The translations under genes and the position numbers were made by a program. The notes under the pieces were generated by a model. The model did not search any database. It was not told where the DNA came from and worked only from the letters and a program-made list of their open reading frames with translations. From the human T2T-CHM13v2.0 reference genome, Homo sapiens, in assembly GCF_009914755.1 (NCBI RefSeq), contig NC_060940.1: 64,000 nucleotides of DNA. The stretch is one strand, 5' to 3'. This document shows positions 1-14,040 of the stretch, in pieces. Within the stretch, counting starts at the first letter, position 1. The number at the start of each line of letters is the position of its first letter.

Positions 1-497
1 AGTATCTGTATAGATTCCAAGTATAATGGCTTCAAAACATGAGCAAACTCTCCCCAACCAGAATGGCCAGCTTGTTTTGCATACTTTCTGGGTGAAAACT
101 GCCTTATGTATTAGAAGAAGCCGACAATTACCATACAGAGAGGGAGTGTCTATCTATTCTTTGAAGCCATATCTTACATAAAACTTGCCTTTTAAAAGGA
201 GTAATAATTTCAGTAGTAGTGACCTTTCCCTGTCCCAAACCTCCCCATGGCTTTGTTTACTTCCTAAGACATTTTATTTGACCCTATGATTTAATACCCA
301 TTTCTGAGGAAAACAAATGAGTAATGAGCATACATCACCATATATATTATCAAGTATTGTCCTACAAATATATTCTGCCTCTCTCTCTGCCTTTTTTTTG
401 GAGTTGGTGGGGAGATCAAGCTAGGATTTCAACTCAGACAGTCTAACTCTGCAACTTGCTTTGTTTCGTTTTGTTGTAGTTTGAAGTTTTCCCCCCA

Positions 498-1110
498 ATT
501 TTTTATTGTGGCCAAATACACAAAACATGAAATTTACAACCATAGCCATGTTAAAGTGTCCCATTCACAGTATTAAATACATTCATGATGTTGTGCGGCC
601 ACCACCATCCATCTCCAGAACTCTTTTCATCTTGTAAAAGTGAAACTCTGCACCCATCAAACAAAAAGCCCCCATTCACTTTTTCTTTAGTCCCTGGCAA
701 CCACCATTCTACTTTCTAGCTCTATGATTTTGACTGCTCTAAGTACCTCAGACAAGTGGAATTACATAGTTTCTGTCTTTTTGTGACTGGCTTATTTCAC
801 GTGGCATAATGTCCTCAAGATTCATCCATGTTGTAGCATGTGGCAGATTTTCTTTCCTTTTTAAGACTGTAAAATGTTATAGCTGCTATAAAAAAGTATG
901 TCTGTTCTTTAAAAAAGTAAAAATAAAATTGCCATATGATCCAGCAATTCCACTCTGAGTGTATACCCAAAATAATTGAAAGGAGGGTCTTAAATAGATA
1001 TTTGTATACCCATGCCTATTATTCACATTAAAAAAAAAATGGAAGCAACCCAAGTGTCTATGGACAGATGAATGGATAAGTAAAATGTGGTATTTATATA
1101 CAATGAAACA
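498..1110 (-). mobile_element. L1MB-type LINE 3' end with inverted 5' part
   Basis: 498-869 is antisense L1 3'UTR (gtgactggcttatttcac, ttcatccatgttgtagcatg). 870-1110 is sense L1 ORF2 end (gatccagcaattccactc, gatgaatggataa). Confidence 0.8.
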
Positions 1111-1634
1111 TACATAGTCTCACAATTTTGATAACAACTCCTGAGAAGTCTTAGCATCCCCATTTTACCAATAATGAAATCTCAGGGTTACAAAGTTTAA
1201 CTCTTATAAAATCACATAACTAGTAGGTGTCAGAGTCGGGACTTGGACTAGTTCTATCTTTATCTGTAACAATAGCAATCATTTTACTCTTTTAATCTAA
1301 GGGTGGCAACTATGTCTTATATTCACAGATCCTATCATCTATATGTCAGTTCTGCCAGGATCTTTGCTATGGAAATACAAGTGGTGCAAAACGATGAGAT
1401 TTCCATACACTAAATGCTACTAAATACTAACAGAACATGGGAAGGCTTATACATATCTATGTTTAAGTAAAGAACATGTAAATGTTGGAAGCCTGCACCA
1501 CCCAATTTAATTGAGCTAAAATATAAATATTTTCTTACCCAATAGCTTACTAAATCACTTGGAAAAAAAGGCTGTTGTCATTTGCTTGTTTGTTTTTGAG
1601 TGATTCTCTTCTTGTGCTCTACTTAAAAAAGAAC

Positions 1635-1860
1635 ATGGCATAGCACAATGAGCATGGGATTTGGACAATACTTGATTTAGGCTGCAATAAATTAGTCACT
1701 TACTCTATGTGTATTTTTGTGTAAGTTATTGTTTTGCCTTAATATTATTCACCTTACCTTCACATGAGAATGACAATAATTGCTTTACAGGGTTATAATG
1801 AGTATTAAATGAGATAATGAATAAAAAGCAATCGATGCTGAATACATGAAAGTTTCACAG
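1635..1860 (+). mobile_element. MIR SINE remnant
   Basis: MIR-like 3' part acagggttataatgagtattaaatgagataatg. Confidence 0.55.
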
Positions 1861-2212
1861 TTTATAAATTATAGGAACCCTTTGTACTAATTTTTAAGTA
1901 CAATATAAAATTCCAGTTTTATGCTATTTTCAAATAATATGTCTCCTCTTGTAGTTTGAATAATCATGTTTTATATGTTCCTGGTGCCTGCTACAGTAAA
2001 TATCACATGGGGTTATTAAATTACTACTAAATAAATTTAGTGTCACTAGACTTCAATATTGCCTTGAAAGGGGAAACTTTTGAGATAATGCCTCTATTGC
2101 CACCAAAATAACTATCTCCGTCCTAGTTATTTTTCCCCCATTGGCTTTGACAAATCCATGCTGGGGCATTAACTCACTACTTAGAGTATATATATCTTAC
2201 TTTCTCAAAATT

Positions 2213-2690
2213 AAGGGGCTTTACCTTGGATCAGATTCTCCAGAAGCAGACCCTGAGATGAGTCATTTATTAAGACAGTGCTCCAAAGAGAAATCGATAA
2301 AATAGCAGGGAAGACAGGAGAAAAAAAAAGAAGCAGCCAAGTAAGGATGCAATTTTAGGCAGAGTCTCAGCCTCAGCCTAATACCTCAGTTAGCTCTGAA
2401 GTATAGATTACATATTAAAATTCACCTAAACTCTCTGAGAGAAAGCCGGGCTTTTATAGTCTTGAACCAACCTCCTACTGGATTTGAGCTGTCTCTGATT
2501 CGAGGAAGGGGGATTGTAAACAGCGAAACAATTCTAATTTCTGTGCATGCATTCAGAAACCGCTTCAGTAGCCAATGACAGTCAGATAAGAAGTTTGTAG
2601 GTACAAAATAGAAGACACACAGATTGCCAACAGGCACACAGATCAGGTAAGAAGGAACAGAGGAACCATGAACAGAGCACTAATAATGTC
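2213..2690. mobile_element. Old MaLR LTR (MLT1J/K-like)
   Basis: Terminal motif agattctccagaagcagaccctgagatg. Confidence 0.5.
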
Positions 2691-3842
2691 TACTACTGAC
2701 CTCAAAACAGACCTCAGTTTGTTCCAGTGTCTGTTTCATGATTGCTTATGGAAATTTCATGATGAGAGTCCCAGACAAAGTTTAACACTAATGTGTTTTT
2801 CTTTTTTCCCCCTGTTAAAACTCATCCTTTCAGGGAAGAGATCAAACCCTAACAAGAGGGAAAAACTTTGGTGTAGAAATACGTGGAGCTTTTGAAAATT
2901 TACAGACCAGAACCATTCATCTGTCTAGACATACAGGTTTATACTAAGACCAAACCTGCTCTGTTCCAGACTTCCTGGGCTGGTTCACATGGCAATGATA
3001 CTCCTAACAAAGTTCACATGGGTTTTCTTGGTTTTCAAAGTCTTTTTCCCTTTATTATCCTAATTGAGCCTCTCATAGTCCTGAGAGTCTGCCAGGTCCG
3101 GTATTAGTGGTTACATTTGGCAGCCAGGGAAACTCAAGTTCAGGGAGGTGATGTGATTTATTCAAGGTTGCAAAATAGTGAAGTGGAAGAACTAAGTCAC
3201 GTATTTATCATATTGTCTTCAAATCTAGTTTTCTTTCCTTTTATATGTTAGCAAGCACGAATGTCAGCTCAAAACATTATGTGTCCACAAATACAACTTC
3301 ATAGTTTCTATTGCATTTTCATTTTTAGCTCTGATGCCAGTCCCCATAGGCCAGTGAAATGGATCCAATAAGACATAACTAACTTCAGTTTCTGTACAGT
3401 CTGCCATGTCCCCATCATTTCCTCTCTCAAAATATTTAGCAGAGATTGGTGCACTGATGAATAATTATTTATATTCTCATTGGTCATTAAGCTCTGTGAT
3501 GGCAAAATCTTGACTGGATGCATTTTGTTGACTTTTGAAACCCTACTTCCTATCTCCATGCCAGGCACAAGATAGATGCTCACTAGGAAACTGCTGTTGA
3601 ATGAAGCAGTAGATCAAGGCCATAGCAGAACATCAATAAACATTAGCTCTCATTCATCCCCTTATTTCCAAGCCCCAAGCCTGTTCCAATTTCTGCCTCA
3701 TATTTATCTATGGATATTTTATCACTTCAGGTAATGAATCCTTCACCTAAATGTTACTTCCCGAGGTCATTTACAACAGTTTCATGAGGGACTAATATTC
3801 CTTGTCCTGGCCACTCTCTTCATGACTCAATTTGAGGGTATT

Positions 3843-4000
3843 TTTTTCTTTTTTAATTTCAACTTTTATATTAGATACAGGGAGTACATGATTTTGTTAC
3901 ATGGAAATATTGTGTGATGCTAATGATTGGATTATGAGTCCCATCACCCTGGTAGTGAGCATAGTACCTGATAGGTTGTTTTTTAACCCACCACTCTCCC
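3843..4000 (-). mobile_element. Older L1PA 3' end fragment
   Basis: caacttttatattagatacaggg...cccatcaccc...gtgagcatagtacctgatagg. Confidence 0.7.
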
Positions 4001-4516
4001 AAGCAGTTTTCTTAATAAAGCTCTCTTTCATTCATTTGTCATCCCATTAACAGAGGGTAGGGTCAGGGGTTAGAAAGTAAAACAGCAACCAATGATCGGG
4101 TTATATATACATATATGAATGTCTAACTATCAGTGACACACAGAATAGGATTTTTCTTATATCCATTTCATATATAATAATAGTTTACCTATTATATAGC
4201 AGAGAGAATGGCACCATGCTGACTTAGACATAAGCTCTCTCCTTGAGGAAAATACATTCTAGAAAAAAATAAACGAAAGTATACAAAAATAATTTTAAGA
4301 AAATCTGTCAAGTGATATTGTATGATATGTCCTGTGACTATGAACACTAATAGGATGGGCAAGTAGTTTACTGTCACCATAGCCAAAGATGATTTCATAC
4401 CCACTTCTAATCTAAGCCCCAGCTCCAAAATTTAGTAACTGTTAAGCAGTAAGTAAGGTATGGATGATATCTCTGCAAGAGGAAACTGCATGAACAATGA
4501 TACTCGGGAGGCTTTA

Positions 4517-4851
<335 letters not shown>

Positions 4852-5179
4852 AAAAGATGAGTGGACATTAGCTAGTTAGGTAAATGAAGAAAGGGCCGAG
4901 GAAATGGGGAAAGGGGAAGCATAGGATGTAACGGTGTGAACGGGAACCATGTGGGGTTCGTTGTTACTGAAGTTTGAATTAGAAGGACAAGCTGTGACTG
5001 GAGTTAAGGCTAGAGGGGAACTTAGGTGCTGGGCCTGACAGTTTGCATTCCACGCTAAAGAGTTTGAACTTTATCTTGGGTGGCGGGGAGTGGAGTTGTT
5101 GTTCATAGCCTGATTTTCCAAAATCTTGGTGAAGAATCCATAGAGTTATTTTGGCCATGAAAAGACTAATGTTCCAAAC

Positions 5180-5257
5180 CTCTCTCTCTCTCTTTTTCTC
5201 TCTCTCACACACACACACCCCCAAAACACACATGCATACACACACACACACACACAC
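5180..5257. repeat. Compound (TC)n/(CA)n microsatellite
   Basis: Seen directly. Confidence 0.9.
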
Positions 5258-5840
5258 AAATACATAATCTCTTCCCAGTACATAAAGGACTTTCTAGTCT
5301 TATTGAAGTTCAAATAATTTCAACATACACTTAGTTCTTAAGAGAAAATAAGAAAGAGTAGATATGCAAAAAAGACTTGAGATGATGCAAAATCAAAGGT
5401 ACAAATATAATTGTTGCGGGTATTCACAGTAATATAAAGAAGGAAAGGGTGTGTTTAAGTGGAGAGGTATGCTAGGAAGGTATGTTTGAGGTTCAGGTAA
5501 AGTTTGTCTGTGGCTGGAGCACAGGTAAACTGGCCCAGTAGGTGGGACCATGTTTACTGTCACAGGTAATTTTGTAATTTTCTTGAAGAAGTAGGAGAGG
5601 AGAGGTTTTCAGAAATTTAAATAGAATAATGATAAAAGCACGGGTTTGCATTATAGAACGACTACTTATTTCAAGCAATTTGGAGAATGGGTGCCCTGTT
5701 AATTGACTGGAGGCAGAGTGCACTAAGTGTGCCCTCAAAACAGTCCATACTAGAGATAATTAGTTTTGAATTAAAATAAGCATGAAAAAAAATAAGCATG
5801 AGGGGGGACAATATTTCTCACATACGTTGAAGAAAAATTA

Positions 5841-6100
5841 GGCCGAGTATGGTGGCTCACACCTGTAATCCCAGTGCTTTAGGCGGCTGAGGTGAAAAAT
5901 ATCTCTTGAGTTCAGGAGTTTGAGATCAGCCTGGGCAACATAGCAAAACTCCATCTCTACTAAAAATAAAAATTAAAAAAATTTAGTCCCAGCTACTCAG
6001 GAAGCTGAAGCGAGAGGATCACTTGAGCCAAGAGGTTCAAGGCTGCAGTGAGCTATGATCACAGCACCGCACTCAGGCTGGGCAATAGAGAGAAACCCTG
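5841..6100 (+). mobile_element. AluJ with internal deletion
   Basis: ttgagttcaggagtttgagatcagcctgggcaacatagc; ggttcaaggctgcagtgagctatgatc. Confidence 0.9.
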
Positions 6101-6113
6101 TGGTTCAGGGAGT

Positions 6114-6331
6114 AAAGAAAAAAAAAAGGAGGGGAGAGGAAAGGAAAGGGAAGGAAAGGGAAGGGAAAGGAAGGGAAAGGAAGGGAGGGGGAGGGGAAGG
6201 GGAGGTGAGGGGAGTGGAGGGGAAGGAAGGGAAAAGGGGGAAGGGGGGATGGGGGAAGGGGAAGGCAGGATGGGGGAAGAGGAAAGGGGGGAAGGGGGGA
6301 AGGGGGGAAGGGAAGGGGAAAAGAAAAGAAA
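6114..6331 (+). repeat. Polypurine (GGAAA/GGGGA)n tract
   Basis: Nearly pure A/G with many G3-G6 runs. Confidence 0.9.
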
Positions 6332-6727
6332 TTAGCAAAATTCAGAAATTAATTTAATATGAGGCTATTTAAAGAATATCACAATAATGTTCAATTTGGT
6401 AGCTGGATTGCCTGTGTGGGACTCCTTATCAAGATACATAGCACATGGAAGACCCCTTTAAGTTACGTTTTTAGGCTATTTTAGGGTGTATAGTATAGTT
6501 TAGTGCTATTGCGTTTCTGTCAGACTAAGGGCCCAGTGGATAGAATTTGCCTTAATCCAGTCACCCTTTCCCTCTCTTGATCTCCCAGGGAGAGATATCA
6601 TGAAGACATGCTCAGTGGGAAACCCTGTGTCACTTTCTTCTTATTATATGAGAAAATACTGATTGCAGAACTCTGGAAAATGAGGAAGGGGGATGTGCTT
6701 TGTACATGAGGTAGAAGGTGAATTACC

Positions 6728-7092
6728 ATTGCCTTAGTTTGGGTGACTATAACAGAATACTATAGAATGAGTGGCTTAAACAACAAACATTTATTTCTTA
6801 CAGTCTAGAGGCTGGAGGTCTGAGATCAGGATGCCAACATGGTCAGGTTCTTGAAGAGGGTCCTCTTCCTAGTTTATAGCTAGCTGTCTTTTCTCTGTAT
6901 TCTCACATAACAGAGAGAGAGAGAGAGTAGGCTTTCTCATGTCTTCTTTCATAAGGCCACTAATCCCATTATCAGGGTTTTACCTCATGTCCTAATTGTC
7001 TCTGAAAGGACTCTTCTCCAAATACCATCACATTGGGGATTAGAATTTCAATATATAAATTTGCAGGGAGCACAGACATTCAGTCCATAGCA
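6728..7092. mobile_element. MaLR solo LTR (MLT1A/B-like)
   Basis: ggcttaaacaacaaacatttatttcttacagt...gaggctgga; cacagacattcagtccatagca. Confidence 0.85.
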
Positions 7093-9581
7093 ACCATTTC
7101 CCTAAATCTAAAGTTTAACCTAATCATGTCTCTAGAACTTGAGACCACTGCACAGCCAGTGCACAGGCTAGAGGGAGAGAAAAGGGAGTTATACATTAAA
7201 GAAGATAAGAAATAAGAAAATAAGAAATAATAAGAAATAAGTTAAATATTTGATGGCTGTGCCTGATCTGAGAGAGAGTCCATGGTAAGAGATAGCACTA
7301 GGCAAAGCCACACTGGATGAACTTCAAACAAAACAAATAAGCAAAAGAAAAAAAAAAAAATTAAAACAAAAACGAAAACAAAAGTATTATGACAAATAGT
7401 GAACTTACGAAAAGCAGAAAGAATATTATAGTGAATCTTAGGGTACTTATGACCCAGTTTTAATAGTTATCCAAATAAGGCCACTAGTATTTCATGTGCC
7501 AAGTCCTATACAATTATGTTGTTGAATATCCAGGACAGCAAATAAGTGTACCTTTAAGCTCTCCAGTATGCATATCTAAGAAATACCTCTTACCTACAGT
7601 GACATTTCAGTCTCTTGGAATTCTGATCCAAAAAGATAAGTTAGATCCTTCTCTTTGGACAAGGGTAGGATGTGGCGATAACCTTTTCATTCTTTCCCCT
7701 ACATCCATACAGGACATCCAATAGTACATTACACCTGGAACTTGTGACTTCAGCTTCACCTCAAATAATTTGAAATCAGCATCCAAGTCTCACAATCACA
7801 TTGTAATGTTGCAAAGAAAAGGAGCACAGGATTTATATGACCTTTTTTTTTTCAGAATAATTTATAGGCCTTTGCAAAGCAAAGTTTTTCAGAAGTGAAA
7901 GATTAACCACAGTACATTATCTTAAAATTCGGAACAAAACAAAACAAATTTTCAGTTCTCAAGCCTGTTAGATTTTCCTCTGCCCGATGTCACAAGTAAG
8001 GTCTTGCCTTTCTCACACCTAGAGAATTAAAGTGGAGGAGGAGGAGAGGCCAGTGAGGAAAATGACAGTGAAGAAATGAAATCCAGAGTGGTTGAATATT
8101 AGGGTTTTAGCTCCTGGTTCAATGATCCTGGAGCAGATTTGGGCAGAGGCCACCCCCAAGTCATGCTGAACAATGTAATTCTTCTATATACCTATGACAG
8201 ATCTATCTATGAACAACTGAAGCAGTTCTGAGAAGTAATAGGCATTATATTGGCAATTATTATAATCATTATTATAAGGATAATCTTAATTCTCCATGGA
8301 TCTGTAGCACATTATGGTGTTTTTTTCACATTTTAAATAAATCATTCATGACAAATTTAATAACGACAAAGTGAATAGCTGCTCCCTTGTCACGAAGTTG
8401 GAATTTTCAACATTTTAAACTGGGGCTGTTTGTACTCTAGTGATAGGTACAGTGTGTCTTTTCAGGACTTTTATAGCAATGTGAGACAAACCCATTCTCT
8501 TTGATATTAGCGGGAGTAGATTAATCTCCCTGAGAAGAACAACCACTAGTGAGAACTTCTTACATGAGCCATTTCATTCAACCCTCACTCATTCCCATGA
8601 AGGGGATATTAATATCAAATTTTACAGGTAAAACCCTGGCCAGGTTAGACAATATCACCTAGAGAGCCTGGCTTAACATCTCAATTGAAGTTACTCTCTT
8701 GCTACACATTTGATGTTCTCTTTGAATATCAATGTCTTCCTCATAGTATTCTTTCTGGGGGAATAATCTTCTTCCTTCTTCTCCTAGCTAAATCCTAATC
8801 ATACTTCAGGTACTGACTTCTATATTACTTTGGGGAATACTTTCTAACCTCCCCTCTCTGAAGCTTTTAGATGCATGCTTTTAATGCTTTCATATCTTTA
8901 GTAATTTTGTTTTCATATTAAAAAATAAAACTCCAATAATCCTCTTCTACTTAACCGAAATATTAGTTTAATCAACAATGTACATTTTCTGGGGAAAAAG
9001 GCATAGACGAACAGACAATAGACTATGATATCTTGACATTTTCCTGCTGCTACTTACAGTGCTTTTTTATTCAAATAAGTTGCATTTGTTTCCAAAATTC
9101 CTTATTACATTTGTATTTTTTACTACAAATATTTATTGTATTTTATTGTGTTTCTGTAATATTTTATCAGAGCACAGAAAGAAAGAATTGATGCATTTTT
9201 GAAAACAAAATGGAATATTTTATAAAGAAGCAATGAAGAACATTGCAAAAAACTGTTCCTACTTTGGGTGAGCATGAAGCAATATAAAAAAGTGAGATAA
9301 ATTCCAGATGGATGATATACTTATTTTACAAGTGTAAGTTTTCATCCCGCTTTGATGAAGCTGAAATCAAAAATTGAATTATGTGTAATGCATTATGTGT
9401 GAGAATCGTGTAATAAAGGCAAGTTTGAATTCTAATCAATAGGCACATATTCCAAAAAAATGCATTTTCCTTATATCAAAAGACTGATGAGTGGATATTT
9501 ATATATTTAAATTAAGATTGTTCTTTAATTTTTGAATACTCATTTTGATCCTCAGCCTACCATGTTTTTAGTTTTGCTAAT

Positions 9582-10070
9582 CATATCAGTCAGGGTTCCT
9601 GCAGGAAATGAATAGAACAACAAGGATGTTTTAATTAATGAGAATTTAATGAAAGGCTGTTTGCAAAGGTATGAGCCAATTTAAGGAAACCAACAATGGA
9701 TACATCTAACTTGTGGCAGCAGCAGGATGCTTTTCTCATCCTTAGACCTAAAGGGAAAAGGAAATAAAATAAAGTTATAGAGCTAGGCAAGATATGGAAC
9801 CTTGCAAAGAGAAGCTACTTAAAATAGGAACTGTAGCACCAGGTAAAGGGATGCAATCCTTGCCAAAACCGGAGCTATGCAGAGAGAGAGATGAGAAAGG
9901 AATACCCTGACTTCTCTTTCCTCTGGCTCTCCAGGCTCTGGCTGTTGGCTCCCATTGATCCAAACTCAACTGGTGTCCAAAGGAGTCTGGATAATGCAAC
10001 CCACAGATACCAGCCCTCCAGGGTCCTCAGTAAGGCAGAAAGGATGGAAATGTATGTGGGTGATAAAATA
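9582..10070. mobile_element. Old MaLR LTR remnant
   Basis: Begins atatcagtcagggttcctgcaggaaa. Confidence 0.5.
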
Positions 10071-11338
10071 ACCAACCCACTGAACAAGTACCAGTCTCTA
10101 ACGCGACAGACAAGTCGTTTTCCACTCAATTCATTTACCATCTACCTTCTTTTTTAGATTGTAAAATGAGCTCTGGAAAATGAACAATATCCTCAGCTTC
10201 TTATGAGCTAGAGTGAACATAACTAAACACTTCCCACAGTGTGGACATCACTCAAAGTTTGTTCCCTTACGAATGATTTGGAAGGAATGAAATCTCAAGT
10301 TTAAGATGGAATTTACTTTTTCTTTATTTTTATTTTTGTGCAAGATCAGCATATAAATTGGTGACAAGCAGTGGTTTAAGAGATTAAATTTTGTCCATCA
10401 TTTAGTTTCTGCAAACCCTGAAAGACTGACTTGCTAGAACTGATTTTGTTTATCAGCAGCATGTATCTTATTAGAACTGTTACCCTGATGGGAGAAGCAT
10501 TATTGCTAAGGCCCTCAGCTGTACGGTCCCTTCAGTAGAAAAGTTAACTTAATTAGTTCTCAAGACAATACTACATCTTCTGTTGTTCATCACTTTTTCC
10601 CTTTCATCTTCTACAATCCTATGCTAATTTATTTTACCATGCTCACAAAATAGCTCCAAAAAGTAAATTACATACTCTCACCACGCGGTTGATTTATAGT
10701 GTTTTCCTAGAAGAAAACAACTCATGTAAAACTCTGAGAATTAGCCATCCCTATGTTATTTTTCTCAATATATTTTATCTTCTCTCCTTTGTAATAGCAC
10801 TGTGTCCATTCACTTATATATGTCTCTAAGCATTAAGGCCTCAAAAAGTATTTTTATGCCTTAGATTAGGTAGAAAGTTAACAAATTTGAAAAATTTGTT
10901 GAAAATAAAATTGAATGGGTTGGGAGACAGATTTTAGTAGACAGAAACTGTTAGACCTAAAAGATTATCTTACATATATTTTGTCCAAACCCACTATTTT
11001 TAAGTCAAGTGTCTGAGGCTCAAAAAGGGGAATTACATTGCCTATAATAATACAGAACCCCATATGGAAAATTCACTTCCTCTGACAAGTTACAGTGGCA
11101 GGATTTCAAAATTGTCCCTTTCTAGCTGGGTTCTTTCATTTCCAGATCCAACTCTCCGAACAGCAACCAAGGTACAAGCATGGGCTTCCTTTGACAACAT
11201 GCTATTTTACTGCAATGTGGAAATTTGAAGCCAGTTTCTCCCAGTCTCAGGTTACTGTAAGCACCTCTATTTCATCTTTTTCTTAGTGATCTAACAGACC
11301 AAAATAGATTCCCTTTTATCAATTAAGAGCAACCCTAA

Positions 11339-12146
11339 GGTTAAGGAAATAAAAGTTACCTACAGGTTGAGGATTCAGGAACCGGCTGGCATGACAAATT
11401 TTCAAATTCCTGCCACTGTAAGAAAAACCACACCCTTGCTAAACTCCCTAACAATAGGAGTTAGCAGGCTGATTTGCAACCCAGACCACTACAACTCTTG
11501 ATTTTATAGGGGCCCAGCCCTTACAAACTTCTCCTCTCCTCTGTCCTCCCTTTTCCTTATCTCCCCTCTCTTCCTCTCCTCTCCTCTGCTCTCCCTTTTC
11601 TGGGACAGAGACTCACTTTATTGCTCCGGCTGCAGTGCAGTGTGGCATGATCGTAGCTTACCGCAGCCTTGTCCTCCTGAGCTCAAGTGATCCGTCTGTG
11701 AGCCATCCCACCTGTCCCCCTTATAAACAATCTTTTCTGATAAGCTATTACAGACTAGATTTTAAGCCAATTGCAGTCAGCAGCTGCACTGAAAATGTCT
11801 TTATGTCCTATATTTCATTATTGACTTAATGAGCCAAATGGCACCCCATTTTAATGTTAAATCTCCATCACAAAGTGAACATGGGATATATGTTATATAT
11901 GTTTACCCAATGCGCATGCACTTGGCTCCCCTCCTAAATATGCATAGCTTTTTCTGAAAACCTGCTGAATATGTGTAACACCAGCCAGCGCTTTGAGGCA
12001 TAAAACCCAACCTCTCTCTTCCCCTCTTAGAAGAGAGAGAACCTTCAGTTCACACTGGAGATTTTCTCTTCATGGCTTCCAAACTGATATTCCCAATAAT
12101 GCTCCCCTCCTACTATTTAACCACCAAGATAGTCTTTTTGATGACA
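11339..12146 (+). mobile_element. ERV1-class solo LTR interrupted by an Alu monomer
   Basis: LTR-like layout: CCAAT at 11907, TATA-like cataaaa at 11999, degenerate poly(A) signal near 12095, terminal gatgaca. Confidence 0.6.
11529..11716 (-). mobile_element. FLAM/Alu monomer with CT-rich tail
   Basis: tgcagtgtggcatgatcgtagcttaccgcagccttg...ctcctgagctcaagtgatcc; degenerate TSD cccttacaaac/cccttataaac. Confidence 0.75.
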
Positions 12147-13339
12147 CTTTTCTATCTCAGTGTTTTCTTACATTTTAAAAAATCTCCCAAACAGTAAGCA
12201 GAGTAGTAATACAAGGTGCTAAACATATAGCATTCTGTGTAAAAAAAATGATAAAAATAAAACATTTATTCCATGTCATATATCCATGCCTGAGGCTTTT
12301 TTCACGATACTTCTTCGCTGATTTTTTTTTAGCATCTTCCTACAAGTCAAATGAAGTTTCATGTTATATATTTAAGGAAAATATTGAAAACAAATATAAA
12401 ATAATTTTATTTCTATCACTTACTTTGTGTGTTATTAAATGAGGAAAATGCTAAAACAAATAACATAGGAAAACCCAAACCTCAGTCATGTGGAGCACAG
12501 ATGCCATTTCCACAAAATCAAATGCCTCAAAATAGTCCTGACTTCTTTACAATTCTAAGGATTAGATCAGGGACTTCTGACTCCCCTTTGTTCCTCCACA
12601 TTGTGTTGAGAACTATAGAAACAAGTGTTTACAAATTGTTCTTTTATATTTTCTACTTATCTAAACCCCCCAGTTGGGAGTTTGAACAACAGAATTACAG
12701 GAAACCAACTCTGGCAGCTAAGCATGCCGACATAATGTCTACAATATGGGGAATGACAGTAGGGGCGGAAATCAAGAACACTGGAACTGGGTCCAGAGAG
12801 GCAGTGCTTGCAATGGGTGAGGCAGGGAAGTGAGGGAGGCCTGGAGGGGAGAGGTGGGGGGCTCAGAAAGTGGTTAGAGACTAAACTGCCCTCTCTGAAG
12901 CTTTAAAAGTATTAAGGCTCTTCCTACCTATGGCCTTAGTTTCTGGGTCACGTTTTCTCTGAAATATCCATGATTTTCTTAATTGACAACTATTTAAGAA
13001 ATCAAATAAACTATCTTTAAAATTAGTATCAAAACAACACACACACATGCACACACGTGTGAACAGGTAGCTCTTCAGAGGAGTAATGGCAAAGAAGTTT
13101 CATCTCAGGTGGTGATGCAGAATCGTCGTTAAGTGGTAGTAGGCACAGCTCTTTTGAGAAAGACTCTAAAACTACTCACAGAAATTATGGGTGTGACACA
13201 CACACACATACATCCACTCGCATACAGGTGTTTTACAACAGTGTTAGTGTTAGCTGTCTAACACTTGCCTGGCATGGACTATGTTATGTTACATATGTTG
13301 TCTTATATGCATGTATGTTTAAGTATTTTCCTTCATGAT

Positions 13340-14040
13340 ATATGTCTGGCATGATCTTAAACACTTTGCAAATATAAACCTGTTTAATTCTCCAAACAAC
13401 TTATAAGGTAGGTATTATTATTTCAATTTTAGAGGTGAAGAGACTGAGACATCCATCCAAGGCTACATATTTAGGAAGTAGCAGAACAAGATTTTGAGTG
13501 TGGAGACAAAGCTCCAGACCTTACAGTGCTGATCACTCTATGAGACTGCCTCTCATAAACCAGGATTTCAAGAAATATTTATTGAGTACATGCCTTGAGC
13601 CATGCTCTACTTTTGGCACCAGGATAACAATGATGAATCAATCATAGATCCAATTCTCCTGATGCTTAATTCTAGCTGCAAAGACAGGGATAGATAAATG
13701 AGCCGATACATGACAGGATTTCAGATAAAATATCAGACAGATCAAGAGAAGAAATACAATAGAATAATGACAAAGAGACCTTTGATGAGCTGGTGTATGA
13801 ACTGAAATGTGAATGGAGATGAGGAGCCTTCCTTGTGAGGTAGAGCGCTCCAGAAAGAGGACGCAGTCAGTTCAAAGCCTTGAGGCATCAATAAGCGTTG
13901 CCTGTTCCAGGAACAAAGAGAAGGACTGTGTGGCTGGAGAGCCTCAGTGAAGAGGAGCAGGAGTTAGAGTGAAAAAGCTGTTCTGAGAATAATTTTTGCA
14001 TGATCTAGTGGGTCACATTAAGGAGTTGAATAATGTTTTC
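13340..14040. mobile_element. MIR followed by L2 remnants
   Basis: aattttagaggtgaagagactgagac (MIR); aaatatttattgagtac (L2 3' end). Confidence 0.55.

Noticed and set aside
6048-6357. G/E/R/K-rich and P/F-rich ORFs
   Set aside because: Translation of the polypurine tract and the adjacent Alu end.
12429-12833. 134-aa ORF in unique sequence
   Set aside because: Non-ATG start, no recognisable domain, and length compatible with chance in 64 kb.
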